Assembly: GCA_041690135.1 (NCBI GenBank)
Contig: JAWLHY010000013.1
Span: 1 to 64,000 of the forward strand
Direction of reading: 5' to 3'
Source of the DNA: Armatimonadota bacterium
GTDB lineage: Bacteria; Armatimonadota; SYMT01
DNA length: 64,000 nucleotides
Position numbers and translations under genes: made by a program. Positions within the stretch are counted from its first letter, which is position 1; every line of letters starts with the position of its first letter. The notes below the pieces were generated by a model. That model made no database searches. It saw nothing but the letters and a program-made list of their open reading frames with translations, and was not told the DNA's origin. Below are positions 27,246 through 36,550 of the stretch, one piece after another.

Positions 27246-29158
27246 CGATGCAGGTCCTCCGCCAGACAACCGGAGCGCTCCTCAAGCTGGACCCGCACGC
27301 GCTGCTCGGCGCCGGCGGGGAGGCCGGCGTAATGCCGGTACCGGACGAAGAGGAACTGGTAGCCAAAGTCTACCGGCGTCCCACGGAGTCGCACGCCCGC
27401 AAGTTGGCCAGCATGCTGGCGAATCCCCCGGATGACCCGATGGCGAAGCAGGGGCACGTGTCGATTGCGTGGCCACTCGACCTCCTGCGCACCCCGGATG
27501 CCAACCGGTGGGTGATCGGATTTCTGATGCCCAGGGCGCCCGGCCGGCGGCCGCTCCTGGAGTTCTACAATCCGGGCAAACGGCGCCAGGTCTGTCCCCT
27601 GTTCAGCTATCAGTATCTCCATCGGACCGCGCGCAACCTGGCGGCGGCGGTGGGAGCCATCCACGCCCGCGGCTACGTTATCGGCGACGTCAACGAGTCG
27701 AACATCCTCGTCACCGATACGGCCCTGGTTACCCTGGTGGATACCGACTCATTCCAGGTTCCCGACCACCAAACCGGCGTCGTGTACCGCTGCCCTGTCG
27801 GCAAGCCGGAGTTCACGCCACCCGAGCTGCAGGGCAAGACCTTTAGGGACATCGACCGGGCGCCGGAGCACGACCTTTTCGGATTGGCGGTGCTCCTCTT
27901 CCAGTTGCTGATGGAGGGCACGCATCCCTATGCGGGGGTCTACACCGGCGAGGGTGAGCCGCCGCCCGTCGAAGCACGCATCCGCGCGGGACATTTCCCC
28001 TACGGTCCGGGGAGCACCCCCTACCGGCCGGCGCCGCTCGCCCCTCCCTATGTCCTGCTCGCGCCGGAGCTTCGCCACCTGTTCGAGCGGTGCTTCGTGA
28101 CGGGACACGCGGACCCCGCGGCGCGACCGTCAGCGGATTTGTGGGTCAACGCCCTGCAACTGGCGGAGAACGCCCTGGTGACCTGCGACGCCAGCGAACA
28201 ACACCGGTTCGGGCGGCATCTTTCCACCTGCCCCTGGTGTGAAAGAGCGACCCGGCTGCGCGGCCGCGACCCCTTCCCCTCTCGCGAGGCCGTCGGCCAG
28301 GGTCTCCACCTCGCTTCGGCCGTTCCCAACCAGACGGCGCTTCCTTCCGCCGGTGCGGGTATACCTTCGCGTCCGGTCGCGGCTACCGTGAGCGCGGCGG
28401 GAGTGAGCCCTGGCGCTTCTATCTCTCCCCCCACCTCCCCGGTAGCCTCGCCGCCGCCCCGCCAGGCGACTGCACCCGCCAGGGCCTCGGCGCAACCTTC
28501 CACCATGCGTCCCTCACCCGGGGTATCCCCTCCTCCGGTAGCGGCTCCCGCCGAGTTCGAGCGAGAGGTGTTCAGCCCCTGGGGTGCCGTAGCACTGGCA
28601 ATCGCCTTGGGTGCCCTGGCTCTCCCCCAGTTCCACCTCTGGCTCGGGCCGCTGGTGCTGGTGCTGGCGGTCGTGGGCTGGTTCCTCACCGCGGGTGCCG
28701 CCGCCGCAAGTCGGGGGCTCGCGTTGGGAGCGCTGCTGGTGGGAATGGGGGTGACGGGAAACGCCGTTTACTCCCAGGTCATCGTTCGTCAACAGCAGGA
28801 GCGCCTGGCACGTGCGGATCGGCAGCGGCGGGCGGAGGTCGCGGCCGAAGTCACCGCGGCGGAGAGGCTCGTGGACGAGGTAACGGCGGGGATCGAGCGC
28901 TTCAAGAACGAGGAACTGACCGAGCGGGAAGCAGAGGCGATCCGCGAAAGCCTCCGCGTGAAGCTGGAGACCGCCGTCCAACACGCCGATCGAGCTCTGG
29001 CACGGGACCCCCGAAGTGAACAGGCGTGGGTGCAGAAGGCGCGTGCTTTGCGTCTTTCCGGCGACGCGGGCGCGGCGCGGGCCGCCGTGAACCAGGGCCT
29101 CATGCGCTTCCCGGAGTCCACTGGGCTCAAAGAGCAGTTGACCCTGCTGCTGGAGTGA
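27242..29158 (+). CDS. YegI-like Ser/Thr kinase of the TerY-P triad with Zn ribbon, about 3 TM helices and C-terminal TPR
   Basis: GAGGEA, VAKVY, IGDVNESN, VDTDSFQ, GKPEFTPPE, C...H...CPWC; ATGA overlap with the phosphatase. Confidence 0.9.
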   Translation: MTMQVLRQTTGALLKLDPHALLGAGGEAGVMPVPDEEELVAKVYRRPTESHARKLASMLANPPDDPMAKQGHVSIAWPLDLLRTPDANRWVIGFLMPRAPGRRPLLEFYNPGKRRQVCPLFSYQYLHRTARNLAAAVGAIHARGYVIGDVNESNILVTDTALVTLVDTDSFQVPDHQTGVVYRCPVGKPEFTPPELQGKTFRDIDRAPEHDLFGLAVLLFQLLMEGTHPYAGVYTGEGEPPPVEARIRAGHFPYGPGSTPYRPAPLAPPYVLLAPELRHLFERCFVTGHADPAARPSADLWVNALQLAENALVTCDASEQHRFGRHLSTCPWCERATRLRGRDPFPSREAVGQGLHLASAVPNQTALPSAGAGIPSRPVAATVSAAGVSPGASISPPTSPVASPPPRQATAPARASAQPSTMRPSPGVSPPPVAAPAEFEREVFSPWGAVALAIALGALALPQFHLWLGPLVLVLAVVGWFLTAGAAAASRGLALGALLVGMGVTGNAVYSQVIVRQQQERLARADRQRRAEVAAEVTAAERLVDEVTAGIERFKNEELTEREAEAIRESLRVKLETAVQHADRALARDPRSEQAWVQKARALRLSGDAGAARAAVNQGLMRFPESTGLKEQLTLLLE

Positions 29159-29253
29159 CGTTCAGGCTACAATAATCGCATCGAGGCTTCTGAGGAGTTG
29201 GGGAGCTATCTGAACGGTTCTCAGCCACACCCCACGCGCTTGTTTCTCCAGGC

Positions 29254-29327
29254 AGGTTAGCGTGACTTGCCGGAGTGACGGCGCCAGGTACCCGCCGGGT
29301 ACCCACGCAGTGGGTGGGGTGTCGGCC
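29254..29327 (-). repeat. Dispersed intergenic repeat, copy 2 (inverted relative to 13507-13563)
   Basis: Reverse complement matches copy 1 apart from an extra internal segment. Confidence 0.7.
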
Positions 29328-29403
29328 TCCATGCCGTGTACCGTATTTGCTCACTTGCTTGCCTATTCCCCTTGGCGGACGGAACTAGGAACAGGATGGA
29401 GTC

Positions 29404-31452
29404 ATGAAACGTACTGACACTCGCTGTCCCGCACCTAGGGTCCTATGTTCCTTGCTGGCCGCCTGGATCATCCTTCAGAGCATCCCCGTAGGCGCGGCCC
29501 CCAAGAAGGACACCCGCGACACCATCGGGGTCATTCGTGGGAAACCCAAGAAGGCCCCGCCGCCGAAGAAATCCGCTCCGAACCGAAAGCCCGCGCCGCC
29601 GAAGAGGACCCCACCACGAACCACCGGCCAGTCTCCCAGGCCGACGCCGGCCCCTCCGCCACCTCCCACGGAAAAGCCCGTTCCTACCTTCTACGTGTCG
29701 CCGGGCGGCAAAGACCCGTACCGGACCATCGCCGCGGCGCTGGCGAAGGCGCCCGCGGGGGCCCGGGTGCTGGTGCGCACGGGGATATACAGCGAGAGCC
29801 TGGTTCTCACCCGCGAGCTCGAGGTAGCCCCCGCCTCCCCCAATGACGTGGTGGCCATCGAGAGCCCGCGCGGCCCGGCGGTTCTGATGAAAACCGCAAA
29901 GGCCACGCTCCGCCACCTGACGCTCCGGGTGAAGGCGGGCGCCGGGATCTCGGACTTCGCGGTTGAAGTCCCCCAGGGGCAATTGCTGCTCGAGGAATGC
30001 ACGCTAGGAGCCGGCGACCGGGCCACTGTGGGCGTATACGGAGGCTCCGCCGATCCGCTGCTGCGGAAGTGCCAGCTTCGCGGGGCGGTGCGCGGGATTG
30101 CCCTGTTCGGCCGCGGGAAGGCTACCCTGGAAGATTGCTCGCTCAATGGCAACTCCATCGCCGGCGCATCGGCTGCGGAAGGGGCCGAGTTGACGGCTCG
30201 CGATACCCGTTTCGGGCAGAACGGACAGGACGGCCTAGTCCTCGATGGTGGAAAGCTGACGGCGGAGAACTGCGAGTTTTCCGCCAACGCCAAAAACGGG
30301 CTGTGGGCTAACAGCGGTACCCTGGCCCTCGTCCGCTGCCGGTACTATGAGAACCGGTTGAACGGCTTCTGGGTCGAAGGAGTCGTGGAGGGAGAAGCCG
30401 AGAGCTGCGAAATGTTCCGCAACACAAAGGCGGGCCTGGTACTTCGGGGCGGGGGCGAGCCGCGGTTCCTCCATTGCCGCCTCTACGAAAACCGTCGCGA
30501 AGGGTTGGTCGCGGGTCTTCGCGGGCGCGGCCTGCTGGAAGCCTGCGACCTCACCCGGAACGCGACGCACGGCGCGGTGATCAAGGAAGACGCCTCTCCC
30601 GTTTTGCGCAAGTGCCGCCTGGTGAGCGAGGGGCTGGAGACGGTGGTCGTTTCCGAGCGCGGGCAAGGTCTGCTGGAGGGCTGCCAGATCGCGAAGCCCG
30701 TTAGCAGCAAGACGGGGGTCTTGATCGAGCAGGACGGCAAACCCGTGGTGCGCGACTGCAAGATCTCCGGCGGCTGGTGGGGGGTGAGGATCGTGGGGGC
30801 CTCCGGGCGGTTCGAGAACTGCGACATTTCCGGGTCCTCGGGCGAGTGCCTCAAGGTGATCGGGGGCAAGCAGCCGGTTTTCGAGAACTGCCGCATTTTC
30901 GGCGGAAAGGGCATTGGGGTTCTGTTCGAGGGGAAGGGCACGGCCACCATGAACCGCTGCGAGGTGTGGGGGCATGGCGGAACCTGCGTGAAGATCCAGA
31001 CCCATGCCGACCCCACCCTTACGCACTGCACCCTGCGGAACTCAGAGGCTTCCGGCCTGAACTCGGGCCGGGATGCCCGCGGGCGGCTCCTCGACTGTGT
31101 ACTGATCAACAACAAGGGGAACGGCGCGGGCTTCTACTGGCACGGAGCTACGCTGCTGAAGAACTGCCGCATCGAAGGCAACGGCGTGGGCGTGGAGGCA
31201 CTCAACAACGGTCAGGGCCTGGTCGACACCTGTCTCATCACGGCTAACCGGCAGGCCGGCGTGCATATTGCCGAGGCCGGCAACCCCGTGTTGAAAGGCT
31301 GTACGATCATGCGGAACGGGGGCAGCGGGATCCGGGTCTCCGGCACCGGCCGCGGTACGATCGAGAGCGGTGTCGTCGGGCAGAACGCCTCCGGCAATCT
31401 GACGCTGGAAGCGGGAGGGAAGCCGGTAATCCGCGATGTGACGGGGATTTGA
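29404..31452 (+). CDS. Secreted right-handed parallel beta-helix repeat protein (paralog 1)
   Basis: Signal peptide, K/P-rich linker, YVSPGGKDPYRTIAAAL, then regular C.I..N...G repeats. Confidence 0.85.
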   Translation: MKRTDTRCPAPRVLCSLLAAWIILQSIPVGAAPKKDTRDTIGVIRGKPKKAPPPKKSAPNRKPAPPKRTPPRTTGQSPRPTPAPPPPPTEKPVPTFYVSPGGKDPYRTIAAALAKAPAGARVLVRTGIYSESLVLTRELEVAPASPNDVVAIESPRGPAVLMKTAKATLRHLTLRVKAGAGISDFAVEVPQGQLLLEECTLGAGDRATVGVYGGSADPLLRKCQLRGAVRGIALFGRGKATLEDCSLNGNSIAGASAAEGAELTARDTRFGQNGQDGLVLDGGKLTAENCEFSANAKNGLWANSGTLALVRCRYYENRLNGFWVEGVVEGEAESCEMFRNTKAGLVLRGGGEPRFLHCRLYENRREGLVAGLRGRGLLEACDLTRNATHGAVIKEDASPVLRKCRLVSEGLETVVVSERGQGLLEGCQIAKPVSSKTGVLIEQDGKPVVRDCKISGGWWGVRIVGASGRFENCDISGSSGECLKVIGGKQPVFENCRIFGGKGIGVLFEGKGTATMNRCEVWGHGGTCVKIQTHADPTLTHCTLRNSEASGLNSGRDARGRLLDCVLINNKGNGAGFYWHGATLLKNCRIEGNGVGVEALNNGQGLVDTCLITANRQAGVHIAEAGNPVLKGCTIMRNGGSGIRVSGTGRGTIESGVVGQNASGNLTLEAGGKPVIRDVTGI

Positions 31453-33500
31453 AGACTATGCGCCACCCGCAACCGCCCCAGCATTGGCTCTGGCACGTCG
31501 TCGGGCTCTGCCTGATCCTCGGATTGAGTGCCGCTGCCGCGCCGAAGAAGGAGAGTTCCTCCACTATCGAGAGCATCCGGGCCAAACGGAAGACGGCGGC
31601 ACCCGCGAAGAAGGCTTCCCCGCCCGCCCGGAAACCCTCGACTCCGAAACGGACCGCACCGGCTGCGTCGGCTCGCAAGACCCCGGCCAGGGTAAGCGCT
31701 TCCAGCAAGAAGCCCGCCACCCCCGCTGTTCCGACCCTCTACGTTTCTCCCGGTGGAAAGGACCCCTATCGGACTGTCGCCGCGGCGCTGGCGAAGGCAC
31801 CCGAGGGCGCGCGTGTGCTGGTGCGCACGGGGGTTTATCACGAGAGCCTGCTGCTGACCCGCAGCGTGGAAATCACCCCCGCATCGCCTACCGACGTGGT
31901 AGTGATCGAGAGCCCGCGGGGAGCGGCGCTCACCTTGCGGGCAGCGAAGGGAGCGGTACGCGCGGTGACATTCCGGATGGCGACCGGCGCGGGCCTGGGC
32001 GATTACACCGTCGAGGTCCCGCAAGGTGCCCTGATCGTGGAAGACTGTACGATCCATGGGGCCGACATTGCCGCCCTCGGTGTGTTCGGCAGCGGGAGCA
32101 CGGCACAACTCCGGAAAAGTGAAGTGCGTGGAAAGAAGCGCGGCCTCCACGTCTTCGGACATGGAACGGCGACGCTCGAAGAATGCGCGCTGCTCCAGGC
32201 CGAGGAAGACGGTGCCCTGGTAACCGACGCAGGCGAACTAACGGCAAAGGCGTGCCGTTTCGGCCGCAACGGGCAGAACGGGCTCACCATCCGCGCCGCG
32301 AAGGCCGTGGTCGACGACTGCGATTTTTCGGGAAACGGTCGCCACGGGATCGCGGCCCTCAAGGCAACCGCCTCCATCACGAACTGCCGGGTGTACGACA
32401 GCGCGCTGGACGGCGTGTGGGTGGAAGGGCAGAGCTCCGGGACCTTTCAGGACTGCGATATCTTCCGCAGCGGCCGGACGGGAGTCGTGCTGCATCTTGT
32501 ACAGGAGATCCGGTTCGTAGGCTGCAAGCTGCGCGACAACAAACGCGAGGGAATCGTAGCTGCTTCGAAATGCACGGGCGAGTTTGAGAGGTGCGAGATC
32601 ACCGGAAACGGAACCCATGCGGTCGTAGTTATGGAAGAGAGTTCTCCCACGCTCCGCCTGTGCCGCATCGCGGGCGGTGAAGTGGACGCAGTTCACATCT
32701 GGCGGGCCGGCAAGGGGACCTTTATCGGGTGCGAGGTCAGCAAGACCGGCGGGGCCGCGGGGGTCGCGCTCCACACCCAGGCGGATCCCACGTTCCGGCA
32801 AACCCGGATCTCCGGTGGCTGGTACGCCGTCTTCATCAACACGGCCAGAGGCGTCTTCGAAGACTGCGATCTCCAGGACAACGCGGGCCCGGCCGTCAAC
32901 GTTCTGGACGGCGCCCCGCAGTTCACCCTCTGCCGGGTTCGCAACGCCCGGCAAGAAGGTGTGGTGTTCTCCCGCAGTAGGTGCACCGGTGTACTGGACC
33001 GGTGCGAAATACAAGGAACGGGCGGTCCCGGGCTGAAAATTCAGGACGGTGCGGACCCGAAGATCCTCAACTGCACGGTCACCGGGTCGAAGGTCCAGGG
33101 CCTGCACGTGGAGCGGAACGGCAAGGGGACCTTGATGGACTGCAACCTCGTGCGGAACCGCGGCGTGGGCGCCGGGCTCCATTCGGGTAGCGCTACCGTG
33201 CTCAAGAACTGCCGGATCGAGGCCAACTCCCTGGGCGTGCAGGTCTCCCATGATGGAAAGGGCACGCTCGACGGCTGTCTCATCACCGGTAACACCGGCC
33301 ACGGGGTGGAGATTCTGCTGGGCGGCGATCCCGTGGTCAAGGGCTGCACCGTCGTTAACAACCGGGGCGCGGGCATCCTCGTCCGGCAAAAGGGGCGCGG
33401 CGTCCTGGAACCGGGGCCGATGTCCGGCAACCTCGGCGGCAACCTGGTGCGTCAGGACGGCGTCCAGCCCGTGGTGCGGGGAGCGGCCGGACCGTCCTAA
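31449..33500 (+). CDS. Secreted right-handed parallel beta-helix repeat protein (paralog 2)
   Basis: Collinear with paralog 1 (YVSPGGKDPYRTVAAAL...); TTGA overlap. Confidence 0.85.
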   Translation: MKTMRHPQPPQHWLWHVVGLCLILGLSAAAAPKKESSSTIESIRAKRKTAAPAKKASPPARKPSTPKRTAPAASARKTPARVSASSKKPATPAVPTLYVSPGGKDPYRTVAAALAKAPEGARVLVRTGVYHESLLLTRSVEITPASPTDVVVIESPRGAALTLRAAKGAVRAVTFRMATGAGLGDYTVEVPQGALIVEDCTIHGADIAALGVFGSGSTAQLRKSEVRGKKRGLHVFGHGTATLEECALLQAEEDGALVTDAGELTAKACRFGRNGQNGLTIRAAKAVVDDCDFSGNGRHGIAALKATASITNCRVYDSALDGVWVEGQSSGTFQDCDIFRSGRTGVVLHLVQEIRFVGCKLRDNKREGIVAASKCTGEFERCEITGNGTHAVVVMEESSPTLRLCRIAGGEVDAVHIWRAGKGTFIGCEVSKTGGAAGVALHTQADPTFRQTRISGGWYAVFINTARGVFEDCDLQDNAGPAVNVLDGAPQFTLCRVRNARQEGVVFSRSRCTGVLDRCEIQGTGGPGLKIQDGADPKILNCTVTGSKVQGLHVERNGKGTLMDCNLVRNRGVGAGLHSGSATVLKNCRIEANSLGVQVSHDGKGTLDGCLITGNTGHGVEILLGGDPVVKGCTVVNNRGAGILVRQKGRGVLEPGPMSGNLGGNLVRQDGVQPVVRGAAGPS

Positions 33501-35041
33501 CCAGCTTCCTGGCCGAACCGCTCCAGTACCGCCGTGAGCGGGTCCACGACATGTTCTTCAGGCCGCAGCCACTTCTCGATCTGCACCACGGTGCCGCCGG
33601 GTCCGGTGGCCAGCCAGATGGCGTCGACCAGTTGTAGGAGCATGGTAAACCCCATCCCGAGCGACACTTTCGTGGAGAAGCCAGCTTCCAGGACGGTGGC
33701 GGGCAGGTCCTCCGGACGGATGCCGGGCCCGGTGTCACTCACCCGCACCAGGACGCGGTCGTCCGTTACGCTGATGGCGGCGAGCCCGTCCGCTCCATGC
33801 TTGATCGCGTTCGTGGCCACTTCCCCCGCCGCGAGGATCAGCTCATCCATATGGTCTTCGGAGAGCTCAGCGCGTTCCGCAACGTGGCGCAATTCCCGGC
33901 GCAGGCGCGCGTAGCTGGAGGAATCATCCAGGGGAAGCTCTACCCGCCACCGGTCGGGGTTCGGGATCTCCGCCGGCTCCACCAGGTGTAGCCGACCCTT
34001 CGTCACCGCCCGCAAGATCTCGCGGGTGAAGCGCTTCTTCTCGACCTCCGCGTGGAGCAGGCGCTCGACAGCCGCCTCCAACTCCCGTTCGGCCCGCTTC
34101 CGTTCCGTAATTTCGATCATCACCAGGCCGAGACCCAGCGGAACCGAACTCGCATTGCTGACGGCGTAGAGACTCGCCAGCCAGCAGCGCTCCGGGTTCG
34201 CGGCGCTGGGAGTGCTTACCTCCAGGGCGGCCACCGTTTCGGTTTCTTCGACGCGGCGGATCGCGGGGCCGAGCTGAGCCCAGAGCCCCGGAGCGAGGTC
34301 CTGCAGCCGACAGCCGAGTTGGCCCCGGGGTCCGGGACCGATCAGGGCGGCCAGGGTGGGATTGATCCGCACCAGGGAGTGGTTCCGGTCCAGGAATGCC
34401 AGGGCGGCCGGGGCATTCGCGTGGAGGGCGTCCAGGAGCGCCAGGGCCGCTTCCGCTTCCGCTCGTTCCTGCTGTATGGAGCGACGCCTGGTGCGCTCCC
34501 GCCGTGCCGCCTCCGCTTGTTCACGCGCCTCCCGCATCGCGGACCGGAGCTCAATTTCGGTGACCACGGAGGCGGTGAGGGCCAGCATCGTATCGACCTC
34601 GTCCTCGGTCCAGGAGCGGGGATGGTCGTCAATCACGCAGAAGCTGCCCAGCACACAGCCCGTGGCCGTAACGAGGGGGATGCCCAGGTAGGCTACGACA
34701 TGGAGATCGCGGATGGCCAGGTTCTCCAGAACGAGGGGATGCTCGCGAGCATCTTCGATGATGAGCGGAGCCTGGGTTTCCACGACGTGCTTACAGAAGG
34801 AATGCGTCAGTGGCGTCTCCCTCCACGACATCCACGGCTCCGGCAACCCCAGGCAACTTTTGAAGAACTGCCGATCCTCGTCCAGAATGGTTACCAGGGC
34901 CACCGGGGTACGGATGATCTTGGCCGCCAGCCTGGCCAGACGATCGAACGCTTCCTCCGCCGGGCTATCCAGCAGTCCCAGCCGCTCCGGATTGCAGCGC
35001 TCGGCGGCGGGGCTCCCGGTGTTGACCTGCTGGTTTGGCAT
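33497..35041 (-). CDS. GAF + PAS sensor with C-terminal anti-sigma-type HATPase domain
   Basis: GAF (EEAFDRLARLAA, SFCKHV, YLGIPL, FCVIDD.PR.W); PAS; EVATNAIKHG, VSDTGPGI, SLGMG. Confidence 0.82.
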   Translation of the reverse strand: MPNQQVNTGSPAAERCNPERLGLLDSPAEEAFDRLARLAAKIIRTPVALVTILDEDRQFFKSCLGLPEPWMSWRETPLTHSFCKHVVETQAPLIIEDAREHPLVLENLAIRDLHVVAYLGIPLVTATGCVLGSFCVIDDHPRSWTEDEVDTMLALTASVVTEIELRSAMREAREQAEAARRERTRRRSIQQERAEAEAALALLDALHANAPAALAFLDRNHSLVRINPTLAALIGPGPRGQLGCRLQDLAPGLWAQLGPAIRRVEETETVAALEVSTPSAANPERCWLASLYAVSNASSVPLGLGLVMIEITERKRAERELEAAVERLLHAEVEKKRFTREILRAVTKGRLHLVEPAEIPNPDRWRVELPLDDSSSYARLRRELRHVAERAELSEDHMDELILAAGEVATNAIKHGADGLAAISVTDDRVLVRVSDTGPGIRPEDLPATVLEAGFSTKVSLGMGFTMLLQLVDAIWLATGPGGTVVQIEKWLRPEEHVVDPLTAVLERFGQEAG

Positions 35042-35220
35042 GGATTCCGCTTTGCCTCCTCGGTCGGAGGTCCGGCTATCGGAACCGGACCGGATGCGCA
35101 CCTCCGTCTGGAGTCTGCCCCGGAATCGCCGTTCCTACGCCCCACCCCGGATGCAGGGCATCTGCGTCGGCATTCCGCTGTGCGGGCGGGGGCGGACAGC
35201 TGGCCCAGTTTTCCGACTCC

Positions 35221-36363
35221 TCACCGCGCCGCCGCTGGGAGCGGTGCCGGAGTGCCGTAGTTCCGCTCGACCTCGTCCGCCGCGGAAGCATCCAGCGCGC
35301 GCAACTGGCGAAGCGCTTCCTGATATTCTGTGTGGCGCTTCTGATAACCGTAGATCTCGGCGAGACCCCGCCAAGCCAGCGCGGCATTACCTCCCACGCG
35401 GAGGCTATCCCGGTAGCCTTCGATGGCCCGTGCGTAATCCCGGCGGCCCAGCGCCCGATGCACCTGCACCCTCTGCCAGTCTTCGGACCATGGGCACCAT
35501 GTGAAGGGAAGGAGCGAAATCCCAACGAGGGCGGCAATTCCGGCGTAGCCCAGAACCCTCCGTTCGCGGAATGCGAAAGCGTGAGCGACGGCCAGCCCGA
35601 AGAGTAGCCCTCCCCCATGCGCGCCGTTGGCGATGGGCAGAAGGCCCAACAAGTCCGCGACGATGCAGAAGGCCCCCCAGCCGAGGAACAGCCGGACGGT
35701 GGAGTCGTCTACCACTTCGGCCAGGTCGGCGTAGCGGCTCCGCGCGGCCCAGCCGAAACCAAAGAGGGCATAACCCACCCCCGACATCCCGATACCGAAC
35801 GACCCGGTAGCCAGTTGAACGGCGGAACTGACCGCCGCCGCACCGAGAAAGAAGGCTACCCACCGGACGGAGCCTACAGAGCGCTCGAATGCGCCGCCCA
35901 GGACCCACAGCCAATAGAGGTTGAAGACCAGGTGGAGGAGCTCGAAGTGGATGAAGGTGTGAGTGATCAGACCCCAGTAAGCCCCGTTGATGACCTCGGC
36001 GCCGCCGGTGTAGCCCCAGCGTTGGAGTGTTTCCGCCGCCCCGCCGGAGAAGGCGATGCCTCCGGAGATAACAAGGCAAGCACCGAAGAGCAATCGGGTA
36101 ACGGGTCCGGGCGGCTTTGCGGTGGTCCGTGCCAGGCCGGACGGGCTTTCCTGCCCCAACCCGGCACCGGCGTCGCCAGGCACCTGCGGGGCGACAGCTA
36201 CGAAACCCGCGGCCGGGGAGCAGCGGGGACAGCCGTCTCCTCGATAGACTCCGCTCGTGCCACACTGGGCGCAGCGCCCTTCGGCACCCGCGCACTCCAG
36301 GCACAGAATGGACCCGGCCGGGATTTGCCGCGAGCAGCTTTCACAGGGATGAAGATCCATCAA
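35221..36363 (-). CDS. Rhomboid intramembrane serine protease with N-terminal Zn ribbons and C-terminal TPR
   Basis: HLVFN, GMSG, AHGGG; four CxxC pairs at the N-terminus; helical TPR-like tail. Confidence 0.85.
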   Translation of the reverse strand: MMDLHPCESCSRQIPAGSILCLECAGAEGRCAQCGTSGVYRGDGCPRCSPAAGFVAVAPQVPGDAGAGLGQESPSGLARTTAKPPGPVTRLLFGACLVISGGIAFSGGAAETLQRWGYTGGAEVINGAYWGLITHTFIHFELLHLVFNLYWLWVLGGAFERSVGSVRWVAFFLGAAAVSSAVQLATGSFGIGMSGVGYALFGFGWAARSRYADLAEVVDDSTVRLFLGWGAFCIVADLLGLLPIANGAHGGGLLFGLAVAHAFAFRERRVLGYAGIAALVGISLLPFTWCPWSEDWQRVQVHRALGRRDYARAIEGYRDSLRVGGNAALAWRGLAEIYGYQKRHTEYQEALRQLRALDASAADEVERNYGTPAPLPAAAR

Positions 36364-36486
36364 CAGCTCCCATTCTCAGCGCCGAACCACAACCCACCTT
36401 ACCATGAGGATTCGCAAATGAACAGCGGCCGACCTTCCGCGTCTTTCCCACGTGCCCGCACTACGGCTCTGGAACGCAGTACGTCG

Positions 36487-36520
36487 CGAAGGGAGCGGCC
36501 CCCGTGGGCCACTCCCTTCG
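36487..36520. terminator. Hairpin, probable terminator of the gene ending at 36551
   Basis: CGAAGGGAGCGGCCC / GGGCCACTCCCTTCG stem about 30 nt past the stop; U-tract weak. Confidence 0.45.
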
Positions 36521-36550
36521 TTCTTCGCTCCAGGGGTTGTTGACCGGGAA

